Shown: positions 8,692-19,058 of the stretch, one piece after another
How the letters are laid out: every line of letters begins with the position of its first letter
How positions within the stretch are numbered: position 1 is the stretch's first letter
NCBI GenBank assembly: GCA_963718895.1
Contig: CAVRAG010000008.1
Coordinates: 384,001-448,000, forward strand
Reading direction: 5' to 3'
From: an uncultured Nitrososphaerota archaeon
Lineage (GTDB): Archaea; Thermoproteota; Nitrososphaeria; Nitrososphaerales; Gagatemarchaeaceae
Length of the DNA stretch: 64,000 nucleotides
Made by a program: the position numbers and the translations under genes
Notes under the pieces: generated by a model
Told to the model about the DNA's origin: nothing
The model's input: only the letters and a program-made list of their open reading frames with translations
The model's database searches: none

Positions 8692-9744
8692 GTGCCGCTG
8701 ATTTCGCACACCGATCTCAAGGACTTTGTAAAGAGCATCTTCATCGCATCCGGAAGCAAGCCCGAGGAGGCGGAGCTCGTGGCCGAGTATCTCGTAAAGG
8801 CGAACCTCGCTGGCGTTGACTCGCACGGGATAATCAGGATACCCGACTACGTCCAGATGGTCGAGGAGGGCAAGATGCACCCCAACGTGGTGCCCAGGAT
8901 AATCAGGAACAGGGGCGCCATGGCGACGGTCGACGCAGGGTTGGGGTACGGCCAGGTCGCCGCAAAGATGGCGATGGAGCTCGCGATGAAGAAGGCCCGG
9001 GAGTTCGGAATAGGGACGGTGGCCGTCTTCAACTGCAATCACGCAGGTCGCATCGCTGAGTACCCCATCCTGGCCGCCGAGAACGGCATGATAGGGATAC
9101 TGATGGTGAAGGCGTTCGGGCCAATCGTCGCTCCCTGGGGCGGGAAGGCCAGAATACTCTCAACCAGCCCGATGAGCTTCGCCATCCCTGCGAAGACCGA
9201 GCCACCGATCGTCGCGGACTTCGCGACCTCGATGTCGGCCGAAGGCAAGATCAGGGTGAAGAACGCCCGGGGCGAGAAGATTCCGTTCGGCTGGGTCCTG
9301 AACTCGGAGGGCAAGCCCACGGACAACCCCGCCGACCTCTACAACGGCGGCGCGCTTCTGACGTTCGGGGAATCCAAGGGATACGCCCTAAACCTGCTCA
9401 TGGAGTCGGTCGGGGCCGCGCTCTCCGGCGCAGGAATCCTGGACGTCTTCTCTGGCTCGAACGGGGTGTTCGCCCAGGCGATCAACATCGAGTTCTTCAG
9501 CGACGTCGACGAGTTCAAGTCGAACGTGGACCGTATGATCAAGACCATCAGGGCGTCGCCCCCCGCGGATGGGGTGAAGGAGGTCCTCATCCCCGGAGAC
9601 CCCGAGATGAGGGAGACGAAGAAGCGGATGGCAGACGGGATAAGCGTCGAGGACAAGACCTGGGAGCGGGTCGTCGCCGTCGCGAGAAAGTACCAGGTCG
9701 AAGTGCCTCAGACCAAGCCTTCCCCGGGTCAGGGCCCCCACTAG
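8692..9744 (+). CDS. Ldh_2-family (malate/L-lactate/ureidoglycolate-type) oxidoreductase
   Basis: GVDSHG, NHAGRI and KGYAL motifs; GTG start 8692 follows a TATA-like TTTCTATATA. Confidence 0.92.
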   Translation: MPLISHTDLKDFVKSIFIASGSKPEEAELVAEYLVKANLAGVDSHGIIRIPDYVQMVEEGKMHPNVVPRIIRNRGAMATVDAGLGYGQVAAKMAMELAMKKAREFGIGTVAVFNCNHAGRIAEYPILAAENGMIGILMVKAFGPIVAPWGGKARILSTSPMSFAIPAKTEPPIVADFATSMSAEGKIRVKNARGEKIPFGWVLNSEGKPTDNPADLYNGGALLTFGESKGYALNLLMESVGAALSGAGILDVFSGSNGVFAQAINIEFFSDVDEFKSNVDRMIKTIRASPPADGVKEVLIPGDPEMRETKKRMADGISVEDKTWERVVAVARKYQVEVPQTKPSPGQGPH

Positions 9745-9759
9745 GGTGAGCCGTCCAGG

Positions 9760-10774
9760 ATGAAGAGAATCCTCATCGCCATGGGCGACATCCCACCACC
9801 CCATCAGGAGGGTCTCGACCTGCTGAGGGCTGAGATGGAGGTCGAAGTCGCGACCCACCTGCTCTCCGAGGACGAGCTGGTGGAGCGGATCAAGGGGTTC
9901 AACGCTATACTCCTGGGTGCACCCCGCCTGACCAGGAGGGTGCTGCTGGCAGCCGACAGGCTCGAGCTGATATCCAGGGGTGGGATCGGGGTCGACAACA
10001 TAGACATCCCCACAGCCACAGAGAAGGGGATTGTGGTGACGAACGTCCTCGACACGCTCTCCAAGACCGTCGCGGAACACGTGTTCATGTTCATCCTCGG
10101 AATAACGAGGGATGTCGCAGTCGCAGACAGGTCTGTGAGGACCGGGAGGTGGAAGGACTTTGCAAAGGTGGGTCACCATGAGATCTTCGGGAAGACCATC
10201 GGCATCGTCGGCCTTGGCGGGATAGGGGCGGCGGTCGCCGATGTGGCGAGGAACGGATTCGAGATGAAGGTGCTGACCCACCAGAACTCGCACCTGAAGC
10301 CTGAGCGAGTGAAGGCGGCCCACGCCACCGTCGTTCCTCTTGACGACCTCCTTCGGCAGTCCGATTACGTCGTCCTCTGCGTGCCGCTCAACAGCGAGAC
10401 CGAGAGGATGATAGGGGAGAGGGAGATCGCGCTCGATGGGACCCGGCAGCTACCTGATAAACGTTGCAAGGGGGAAGGTCGTCGACCAGGGTGCTCTCTA
10501 CGCGGCGCTCGCCGAGAAGAGGATAGCGGGCGCAGCCCTGGATGTGCTGGTCAAACAGCCGCCCGAACCGGGCGACCCAATCCTCGGGCTAGACAACGTC
10601 ATCTTCACGCCCCACGACGCGGCGATCACGATGGAGACGGGAAGGCGCACCTCAATCCTCATCGCGGAGTCAATCCTGGACATCTTTCAAGGGAAGAAGC
10701 CGAAGTACCCCGTGAACCTTCTGAATCCTCAGGTCGCAGAGGTCGCCCTGGGGAAGATGACAGCAGGGAGATAG
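9760..10774 (+). CDS. D-2-hydroxyacid dehydrogenase (phosphoglycerate-DH-like), frameshift near 10436
   Basis: GIGVDNID, GIVGLGGIG, INVARG, ALDV and FTPH motifs split over two frames. Confidence 0.9.
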
Positions 10775-10785
10775 GCCGGTGGCGA

Positions 10786-11031
10786 TCAGCCCTCGGTCTC
10801 GATTACGGCAATCACCTGAGCGACGGAGATCGTGTCACCGGGCTGCGCGAGCACCTTCTTCAGGACCCCCGCGGCGGTCGCCTCTACCGGATACTCCACC
10901 TTCTCGGTCTCTATCATTACTAGTGTGTCCCCGACCTCCACCTTGTCCCCCTCCTTCTTGGACCACTCCATGACCTTGCCTTCCGTCATGCTCGGGTCGG
11001 CCTTCGGGAGCAGAATCTGGATCTCTGCCAA
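10786..11031 (-). CDS. Stand-alone lipoyl-domain protein
   Basis: 81 aa, MTEGKV-W-KKEGD and IETEK lipoyl-Lys motif; stops just before a convergent gene. Confidence 0.9.
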   Translation of the reverse strand: MAEIQILLPKADPSMTEGKVMEWSKKEGDKVEVGDTLVMIETEKVEYPVEATAAGVLKKVLAQPGDTISVAQVIAVIETEG

Positions 11032-11042
11032 TCTCTCTTCAC

Positions 11043-13053
11043 CTACTTGCCCGAAGCCAAGACGGACCTGACCGCCGTCTCGATCTTCGTGTCGTTCGGG
11101 AAGATGAACTTCTCGAGCGGCGGGCTGTATGGGAATATTGCATCTGGAGTGGCGACCCTGAGAATGGGTGCTTTGAGGAATGAGAACGCCTCCTCTGAGA
11201 TGACAGCCGAGATCTCGGCACCCGCCCCTGCGGTCTTATTCTCCTCGTGTGCCACGACGACCCTGCCGGTCTTCTTGACGGAGTCTAGGATAGTCCGCTT
11301 GTCCAGCGGTGCGAGGGTGCGCACGTCGACGACCTCAACCCCTATCCCCTCCGTCTGGAGCCTCAGGGCCACCTTCAGCGACTCGTGGACCATCTTCCCC
11401 CAGGTGACTATGGTCACGTCCCCTCCCTCGTGCTTTACGTCGGCCTTGCCCAGGGGGATCGTGTAGTCTCTCTCCGGAACCGGTCCCTTAAGCGGGTAGA
11501 GGCTCTTTGTCTCCAGGAAGAGAGCGGGATTGTCGTTCCTGATTGTGGACTTCAGCAGTCCCTTCGCGTCGTATGGGGTGGACGGGATGATCACCTTCAG
11601 CCCCGGGATGTGCATGTACCACGCCTCCAGGGACTGCGAGTGGTGAGCGGCCGACGACCCTTCGGCGCCAGTCGCCGTCCTGATCGTAAGGGGGACCTTG
11701 TACTGGCCTCCGAACATGTAGTGCACCTTGGCGGCCTGGTTGACTATCTGGTCGCTGGCGAGGGTTGTGAAGTCCACGAACTGTATCTCCACGATCGGTC
11801 TCAGACCAGTCATGGCGGCTCCCAGGCCCACACCGACGAGCGTGAGCTCCGAGATGGGGGCGTCCCTGACCCGCTCCCTCCCATAGAGGTCCTGCAGCCC
11901 CTTCCCCACCTGGAACGGGCCGCCCCTCTTGCCCATGTACCCCTGGCCGTAGATTATCGTCGTGGGGTCGCGGGTGAGCTCCTCCCTCATGGCCTCGTTT
12001 ATCGCTTCTCGCATGCTGATGACCCGGTTGCCGAGGTCGCTCTTGGAAGGCTCGGACCAGTCGGCGTCGGGTTTCTCATAGTAGATGTCCTTGAGCGCCT
12101 CGCTCTCGGCCGGGTATGGGCTCTTCTCCGCGAACTCCACGGCGGCGTTCACCTCGGCCTCCAGATTCAGGTCGATCTGCTTCAGCTCCTCCTGCGTCGC
12201 GATGCCCGCGCCCACTATGTGGTCGGCGAGCATCTTGATCGGGTCTCTCTTGAGCCACTCGGACTTCTCCTCCTTGGTCCTGATGTCGGGGTCGCCTATG
12301 TAGTGGCCGCCGAATCGATAGGTCTTCGCCTCGATCAGCGTCGGGCCTCCGCCGTTCCTCGCCCGCGCGACCGCCTCGTTGGCGGCACTATACATCGCCA
12401 GGACGTCCATCCCGTCGACTGCGACCCCGGGGATCGAGTAGCCCGCCGCCCTGCTCGCGACCTCCGTGTTCTTTGAGACGCTTGAGAACGGAGTCCAGGT
12501 CGAGTAGAGGTTGTTCTCGCAAACAAAGATGACGGGGAGGTTCCACGTCGCCGCGAGGTTGACGCTCTCGTGGAACGCCCCGCTCGGCACGGCGCCGTCC
12601 CCGAAGAACGAGACGGCCACCTGGTCGGTATGCCTCACCTGGGAGGATAGACCGGCGCCAGTCGCTATGGGGATCCCCGAGCTCACGATGCCCGTGGCAC
12701 CGAGCAGCCCTTTCGACTTGTCGCCGAAGTGCATGGAGCCGCCCTTCCCGGACGAGATGCCCGTCGCCTTGCCGAAGAGCTCGGCCATGACGCGGTTGGT
12801 CTCAGACCCCTTGGCGAGGACGTGTCCCTCTGCCCGGTGGGTGCTCGTAATCCAGTCGTCGTCGCGGAGGTTCGCGGTCACGCCGACGCCGACTGCCTCC
12901 TCGCCGATGTAGGCGTGTGGGAATGAGGGCTAGCTTTCCGAGTGTGTAGAAGCTGATGACCTTCTCCTCGAATTTCCGGATCCTCATCATCGAGGTGTAC
13001 ATCTTCAGCAGTTTTTCCTTGCTGAGACCGACGGCCTGTTGGCTAAGAGTCAC
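11043..13053 (-). CDS. Fused 2-oxoacid/acetoin dehydrogenase E1 alpha-beta (frameshift near 12920)
   Basis: STHR, GKGGSMH, FGDGA TPP motif, then beta-subunit PISE, HSQSLEAW and AHEEN. Confidence 0.92.
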
Positions 13054-13105
13054 TCCACGGGCATTCCCCTCCCGCTATTTTATGGCATCGACGGACGCGC
13101 TGGAC

Positions 13106-16100
13106 CTAGGACCGATTGCCGTTGGCGGACGAGAGCATCCTCCCGAAGACGAAGGGCAGGACCCCACCGCTCGCATAGTAACCCATCTCGGCCTCGTTGT
13201 CTATCCTGGCCTTGACCTTGAACCTAGTCTCGCCCTTGGGGGACGCGGCGGTGACGTCGAGGATGGCACCTGGAGCGAGGTTCGCCAGCCCCCTGATTGA
13301 GAAGACCTCCTCCCCGCTCAGATTCAGTCCGACCAACCCCTCTCCCGGTGAGAACTCGAGAGGCAGGATGCCCATCGCCACCAAGTTGCTCCTGTGAATC
13401 CTCTCGAAACTCTCGGCCATCACTGCCCTCACTCCCAGGAGCTTGGGTGCCTTGGCCGCCCAGTCTCTGGAACTTCCGGCGCCGTATTGTTTCCCGGCGA
13501 TGATTATCAGTGGCGTCCCGTAGTATCGCACCGAGGCGTCGTAGATCGGCAGGACCTCGCCGGTCGGGAGGAATCTGGTCAGCCCGCCCTCCCTGCCCTC
13601 AGCCAAGAGGTTCCGGAGCCTGGTGTTGGCGAACCCTCCGCGGACCATGACCTCATGGTTCCCCCTCCTGCTGCCGTAGCTGCTGAAGTGGACCATGTCG
13701 ACGCCGTGCTCGACGAGGTATCGTCCAGCCGGGCTCCCGAAGGCTATGGAACCCGCGGGCGATATGTGGTCGGTGGTTATCTTGTCCCCGAAGACCGCCA
13801 GCGCCCTTGCGCCCTCGATGTCGCCGGCCGCGACGACAGAGCCGGTCTGGAACCATGGCGGCTCCCTGACGTAGGTGGAGGAGGGGTCCCACTCGAAGGT
13901 CTCTCCCGCGCCGCCCGGAAGAGCATCCCAGGTGGCGTCACCGGTAAGGGCATCGGCGTATCTGCTCCTATACAGATCGCTTCTGAGCGAGCTCGCGGCA
14001 ACGTCCTTGATCTCTTGGAGGGTCGGCCAGAGGTCCTTAAGGAAGACCGGCTTCCCCTCCGGGTCCACGCCGAGCGGCTCGCTGAAGTCGAAGTCTATCC
14101 TTCCCGCAAGGGCGTAGCCGACGACGAGCATCGGCGACATCAGGAAGGACCCTTTGGCCAGGGGATGGATCCTCCCGTCAAAGTTCCGGTTCCCGCTCAG
14201 GACCGCGACCGCATAGAGGTCGCGCTCCTTGATGGCGCTCTCGACCTCCGGGTCGAGGGGACCGCTGTTGCCGATGCAATTGTGGACCGCTACCGTACCT
14301 GCTATGAATGCATGCAAGTCATCAACGGTTAGGTCATACACGTTTCTCTGCCCCGCTGGACGTCGGTCAACGATCTGAAGCGAGAAGCTTGGTAGACTCA
14401 TCGCTTCCTTCTCTACGCAATATCGTTTGATAGGCTCCATCTCATCCCTGCTCTGGAGTGGGGCAAACCAGTCCCGCACGCCGAGCTCCCTGAATAATGC
14501 CACGGGCGACGAAAAGTCGCAACTGTCACGATGTAATGGCTGGAACTTGCGGTCAGTTGCCTTTGGGAGACGCGAGAAACGGTCGTAACCCTCGAGTAAT
14601 GCATAATGAGGAGATACGATGGGAGGCAAAGACGCCTCTGACTCGTGATTCCCCAACGACACTACTACCAATTGTCGGGCCTGAGAGAATGACAAAGTCG
14701 GTTGCCTTTGATGTAGCTCCTCAAGCCGAGCAGCCATCCAGAGCCGCTGTTTTTGGATACCGTCCACAAGGCGCCAGTACACTGCCGCCGCGCTAGCACG
14801 CATTACTTTGTCAACGCAATATCGGTAGCCCACGTGCTCGATGAAGGATAGACCGTTCGGTAGTTGTAATCGTACTTCGATTCTGGGCATTCCGTCTTGT
14901 GATGCGGCATAAGATGTACTGCTCCTCCTTGTCGGGTATTCATACACGTGTGCACTTTCAGTGCCAACGCCGCATCTTGCCAGTAACAGGATTACTTCGC
15001 GCATGAACCTTCTTGATTGCTCCAGATGCGCAGGGATTGTGCTCTGAGAGAATGCTGGTGGGTCCAGTGTCGAGTCCTCCTCCCGATCTCCCCACTTATG
15101 TAGAGAAGGCCCGTGTCCATCGGCTCCAAAGAGTCCGCCTAAGAACTCCCGCAGCGCTGCTACCGGACAATCCTCCTTGGTTAGGAATTCAGGAAGAGTG
15201 GGAGGCTGTGAAATGCGTCTGCCTACCTGAACGCCACGCAGAGTCACTATGGCACTTGTAAGTGCCATCGGCAGCACGATGGACCACTTCTGTTCGTCGT
15301 AGCGATTTGCAGCCGGTCGAAGCCCTGTGACTAGTTCTATATCGTTCAGTACCGTCTCGCGGTCGATAGATTGGCCGACGCTCATTCTGCCTTGGCCGTA
15401 GACGCTGATCGAGCCGTCACCGAGAAGATGCCCTAGCAGTCTGGCAAACGCAAGCGTTCTGGCTCGATCGAGTTCGGTGTCCATGCTAAAGGTGAAGTCG
15501 CCTGCGTGTAGGGTGTATCCAGATTCGTCATGCGCCGGTGTGTCGTGAGGGCCTTCTAGTCCGACGATTACTCGATCCTTGCCAAGATCGAGTTCGTCAG
15601 CCCTAACCCAGCGCCCATCTGAACAGAGGATTCGGTGGTCCGGTGTGCAGATTAGCGATCGTCCGTCTTGGAGAACAAGTTCAACACAATCCCGCACGCC
15701 ATTCTTCAAGAGCTCTGACTGTCGAACGATTTCCAGCCGGCCCTCGGTGTTCGGCCCAAGAAGCGAAGCACCTCCTGACTTTGGCAGACTTTCAATCGAT
15801 CGCGAAGTGCCATCGGCCAACAAGACTGGCGTTCCTTGAGCAATGCAACTTGTGCAGCCGAAGCCGACGATGTTGAACCCGAGCTTGTCGAGGTAGGTGA
15901 GTAGCCCCGACCCCTCGAGGTAATCCTTCACCACTGTGGAGCCCGGCGCGAGGCTGCACTTCACGTACGGCTTAGGCGAGAGGCCCCTGAGTACCGCTTT
16001 CTTGGCGACGAGGCCGGCGCCGATCATTACGGTAGGGTTCGAGGTGTTGGTGCAACTGGTTATGGCCGCTAGCACCACCGAGCCGTCACCGACCGCGCTG

Positions 16101-17383
16101 GTACCACGGCTCCCGGCGAGCGGACTCACGAGCGTCTGGCCTCCACCAGCGGGACCTGACGAGGATACGGATGTCGAGGGCATCGCATTCCGGCGCTCCT
16201 CGAGGAACTTCCTTGCATAGCGTGGCACCTCCCTAAGGAGGCGCTTCTCTTCGGGGTTTCTCGGACCTGCGATGCAGGGCTCTATCGTCGAGAGGTCCAC
16301 GACGACGACATCCGAGTATCTTGGCTCATGATCCCCGGGCTGCGCGAAGAGGCCCTGGCGTCTGCAATACTCCTCCACAAAACGCACGTAGGCAGGGTCT
16401 CTGCCTGTGTCCCTCAGGTACCCAAGGGTGGTGAAGTCCACGGGCGAGAAGCCCACGGTCGCTCCGTACTCCGGGGACATGTTCCCGAGGGTCGCCCTGT
16501 CAGGGACGGAGAGATGCTGGTAGCCCTCACCGAAGTACTCGACAAATGCGTCCACGACGTTTCTCCCCCGCAAGAGTTCGGTCACCGTGAGCACGACGTC
16601 GGTGGGCGTCGCCCCCTCCGGAAGCTGGCCGACGAGTTTCACGCCGACGACCCGGGGTATCGGCATGTGGTAGGGCTCGCCGAGCATGACCGCCTCTGCC
16701 TCGATCCCTCCCACTCCCCATCCGAGGACGCCCAACCCGTTGACCATGGTGGTGTGCGAATCGGTCCCGACGAGCGTGTCGGGTACCGCGCTGAGTCTGC
16801 CGTCTTTCTCCTTCAGAGCGACCACGGTCGCTAGGAACTCAAGGTTGACTTGGTGGCAGATGCCCTTGCCCGGAGGGAATACGCGGAGGTTCTCGAAGGA
16901 GCCCTGCGCCCACTTAAGGAGCGAGTACCGTTCGGAGTTCCTTTCGTACTCCCTGCTCACGTTGTAGCTGAACGCTACCTCGTCACCCCAGCCGTCGACC
17001 TGGACGGAGTGGTCGATGATCAGGTCCATGGGGACAAGAGAGTTAATCGCGCGCGGATCCCTGCCGTTTCTCTTCACGGCGTCCCTCATGGACGCGAGGT
17101 CCACGACCAGTGGGACGCCCGTGTAGTCTTGGAGCAGGACGCGGTAGGGCATGAAAGGGAGACCGGAGTTGACACTCCTCGGCCACTCGAGCAGCCGGTG
17201 GACGGCGTCGTTTGCCCCTTCGACCTTGCCAGCGTGCCTGAGCGCGTTCTCGACTAGCACCCTAATCGAGTACGGGAGGTCCCCGGTATCCGCGCCCAGC
17301 CTCCCCAATTCGTAGAGGTCTGCCCGGCCAACAGGAGACTCTATCCAACCGGTCACAGAGGCAAAGTCGTTCTTTCCCTGCAC
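13106..17383 (-). CDS. acnA: Aconitate hydratase A, intein-containing
   Basis: LQDYTGVP, DHSVQVD, DSHT, SCTNTSN, GCTS|CIGNSG, TDHISPAG and GSSRDWAAK motifs; 902 aa after removing the intein. Confidence 0.96.
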   Translation of the reverse strand: MQGKNDFASVTGWIESPVGRADLYELGRLGADTGDLPYSIRVLVENALRHAGKVEGANDAVHRLLEWPRSVNSGLPFMPYRVLLQDYTGVPLVVDLASMRDAVKRNGRDPRAINSLVPMDLIIDHSVQVDGWGDEVAFSYNVSREYERNSERYSLLKWAQGSFENLRVFPPGKGICHQVNLEFLATVVALKEKDGRLSAVPDTLVGTDSHTTMVNGLGVLGWGVGGIEAEAVMLGEPYHMPIPRVVGVKLVGQLPEGATPTDVVLTVTELLRGRNVVDAFVEYFGEGYQHLSVPDRATLGNMSPEYGATVGFSPVDFTTLGYLRDTGRDPAYVRFVEEYCRRQGLFAQPGDHEPRYSDVVVVDLSTIEPCIAGPRNPEEKRLLREVPRYARKFLEERRNAMPSTSVSSSGPAGGGQTLVSPLAGSRGTSAVGDGSVVLAAITSCTNTSNPTVMIGAGLVAKKAVLRGLSPKPYVKCSLAPGSTVVKDYLEGSGLLTYLDKLGFNIVGFGCTSCIAQGTPVLLADGTSRSIESLPKSGGASLLGPNTEGRLEIVRQSELLKNGVRDCVELVLQDGRSLICTPDHRILCSDGRWVRADELDLGKDRVIVGLEGPHDTPAHDESGYTLHAGDFTFSMDTELDRARTLAFARLLGHLLGDGSISVYGQGRMSVGQSIDRETVLNDIELVTGLRPAANRYDEQKWSIVLPMALTSAIVTLRGVQVGRRISQPPTLPEFLTKEDCPVAALREFLGGLFGADGHGPSLHKWGDREEDSTLDPPAFSQSTIPAHLEQSRRFMREVILLLARCGVGTESAHVYEYPTRRSSTSYAASQDGMPRIEVRLQLPNGLSFIEHVGYRYCVDKVMRASAAAVYWRLVDGIQKQRLWMAARLEELHQRQPTLSFSQARQLVVVSLGNHESEASLPPIVSPHYALLEGYDRFSRLPKATDRKFQPLHRDSCDFSSPVALFRELGVRDWFAPLQSRDEMEPIKRYCVEKEAMSLPSFSLQIVDRRPAGQRNVYDLTVDDLHAFIAGTVAVHNCIGNSGPLDPEVESAIKERDLYAVAVLSGNRNFDGRIHPLAKGSFLMSPMLVVGYALAGRIDFDFSEPLGVDPEGKPVFLKDLWPTLQEIKDVAASSLRSDLYRSRYADALTGDATWDALPGGAGETFEWDPSSTYVREPPWFQTGSVVAAGDIEGARALAVFGDKITTDHISPAGSIAFGSPAGRYLVEHGVDMVHFSSYGSRRGNHEVMVRGGFANTRLRNLLAEGREGGLTRFLPTGEVLPIYDASVRYYGTPLIIIAGKQYGAGSSRDWAAKAPKLLGVRAVMAESFERIHRSNLVAMGILPLEFSPGEGLVGLNLSGEEVFSIRGLANLAPGAILDVTAASPKGETRFKVKARIDNEAEMGYYASGGVLPFVFGRMLSSANGNRS
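14279..15847 (-). mobile_element. 523-aa intein with LAGLIDADG homing endonuclease
   Basis: Block A CIAQGTPVLLADG, block B TPDH, EN motifs LLGHLLGDG and FLGGLFGADG, block F VYDLTV, block G VHN|C; visibly more AT-rich than the host gene. Confidence 0.96.
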
Positions 17384-17474
17384 GACTTTTTACGAGCCTC
17401 AGCAGGTATATACAGATTAGTCCCGGTCGGGCGGGCTTCTAATGTTTTTATCCCCTGAGAGGTCGCGGGCGCGC

Positions 17475-17783
17475 ATGCCCGGTGATTGGGAGGTTCGGGG
17501 GATATTCGGCAACGAGTACGCCATGGAGAACGCCGTCGACGAGCTGAAGAAGCTCGAGAAGGTTCCGGACTACAAGGTGCTCGACAGGAGAAACCTTCAG
17601 GTCGTGGTCTCCAAGAGCGACGAGAAGACCAGGACATTGGTCAAGAATGTCATAACGATCGCCCACGGGTTCGTCGAGGCCGACGCCCCGCTCGGACAGT
17701 ACGACGCGAAGAGGACGGAAGCGAAGAGGAAGAAGCTCAGGGAATACGAGGAGAAGAAGAGGAAGGCGGCCCAGGGGCATTGA
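17475..17783 (+). CDS. Hypothetical small protein with a basic C-terminus
   Basis: Host-like codon usage, divergent from acnA. Confidence 0.6.
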   Translation: MPGDWEVRGIFGNEYAMENAVDELKKLEKVPDYKVLDRRNLQVVVSKSDEKTRTLVKNVITIAHGFVEADAPLGQYDAKRTEAKRKKLREYEEKKRKAAQGH

Positions 17784-17884
17784 GGATCTCCTTCTGTCCT
17801 TGAACTCCTCGGGGCAGTGACAATTGGACCACCCGGACCCAGCTGCCCCGCGTATCCCTCTGCCACACCAAAGGAAGGACTTGC

Positions 17885-19033
17885 TCAGGAGACGGCTGCC
17901 GCGAGCGCATGTCTGACATCCTCGCTCAAGTCCTGAGGGTCCTCAATCCCGACTGAGAGACGAATTAGGTCGTCGGTGATGCCCATCCGTTCCCTCTCTT
18001 TCCTAGGAATGGAAGAGTGGGTCATCCTTGCAGGAAGCTCAGCCAGCGACTCGACGCCTCCTAGGCTCTCCGCGAGGACGAAGATCCGGAGCGACTCGAG
18101 AAAGCGGCTTGCAGCCTTGTAGCCCCCTCTGATCCTGAACGAAAGCATGCCCCCGCCCAGCGACATCTGCTTCCGCGCGAGTCGGTAGGTCGGCGACGAC
18201 TCGAGGAACGGGTAGTAGACGCTGGTCGCACGCCCGCTGCTCTCGAGCAGCTCGGCGATGAGCTGGGCGTTCCTAGAGTGCTCCTCCATGCGCAGGTGCA
18301 GCGTCCTGATGCCGCGCAGGGCAAGATAGCAGTCGAACGGGCCCGGGACGGCCCCGATCGCGTTCTGGAGGAACTTCAGCCTCCCGTAGAGCTCCTCGTC
18401 AGAGACAGCCAGGGCTCCTCCAATCATGTCGCTGTGCCCCGAGATGTACTTCGTCGTGCTGTGTAGCGCTATGGTCGCGCCGAGCTTGAGAGGGTTCTGC
18501 AGGTATGGGGAGGCGAAGGTGTTGTCGACGGCGAGGATGAGCCCCGTCTCTTTCGCGAACCTCGCGACGGACCTAATGTCGAGGACTACCATGAGGGGGT
18601 TCGTGGGGGACTCCAGCCAGACCATCTTGGTGCTCGGTCGGACGGCCTTCTCGAGGGAGCCCGGGTCTCGTGCGTCAACCCTGGTGAAGGTCACCCCGAA
18701 GCCGGCAAAGACGGAGTTGAAGATGCGGAACGTCCCCCCGTAGACGTCGTTGCAGATGAGAACGTGATCGCCCTTCTTCAGAAGGGAAGCTACGGTCGTT
18801 ATCGCGCCGAGCCCCGATGAAAAGGCGAGCCCGTGTCTTCCGTGCTCGAGCTCGGCCACTGCCTTCTCGAGCCTCTCTCTGGTCGGGTTTCCGCTCCGAG
18901 AGTACTCGTACCCCCTCGGCTTGCCGACTCCGTCTTGAGCAAAGGTCGACGCGGTGAATATCGGCGGAGCCACTGCGCCTGTCTCCCTGTCCGGCTCGTT
19001 CCCCGAGTGGACGGCCCTAGTCGCGAAGCGCAT
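17885..19033 (-). CDS. Cystathionine gamma-lyase/synthase
   Basis: YSRSGNPT, VDNTF and HSTTKYISGHSD PLP motifs. Confidence 0.94.
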   Translation of the reverse strand: MRFATRAVHSGNEPDRETGAVAPPIFTASTFAQDGVGKPRGYEYSRSGNPTRERLEKAVAELEHGRHGLAFSSGLGAITTVASLLKKGDHVLICNDVYGGTFRIFNSVFAGFGVTFTRVDARDPGSLEKAVRPSTKMVWLESPTNPLMVVLDIRSVARFAKETGLILAVDNTFASPYLQNPLKLGATIALHSTTKYISGHSDMIGGALAVSDEELYGRLKFLQNAIGAVPGPFDCYLALRGIRTLHLRMEEHSRNAQLIAELLESSGRATSVYYPFLESSPTYRLARKQMSLGGGMLSFRIRGGYKAASRFLESLRIFVLAESLGGVESLAELPARMTHSSIPRKERERMGITDDLIRLSVGIEDPQDLSEDVRHALAAAVS

Positions 19034-19058
19034 GCGTCCAGGAACCCTGTAGGGAGCT

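Noticed and set aside
7396-9744. 782-aa ORF as a novel multidomain protein
   Set aside because: The first ~430 codons are the antisense shadow of the dehydratase; the real gene starts at 8692 after a TATA box.
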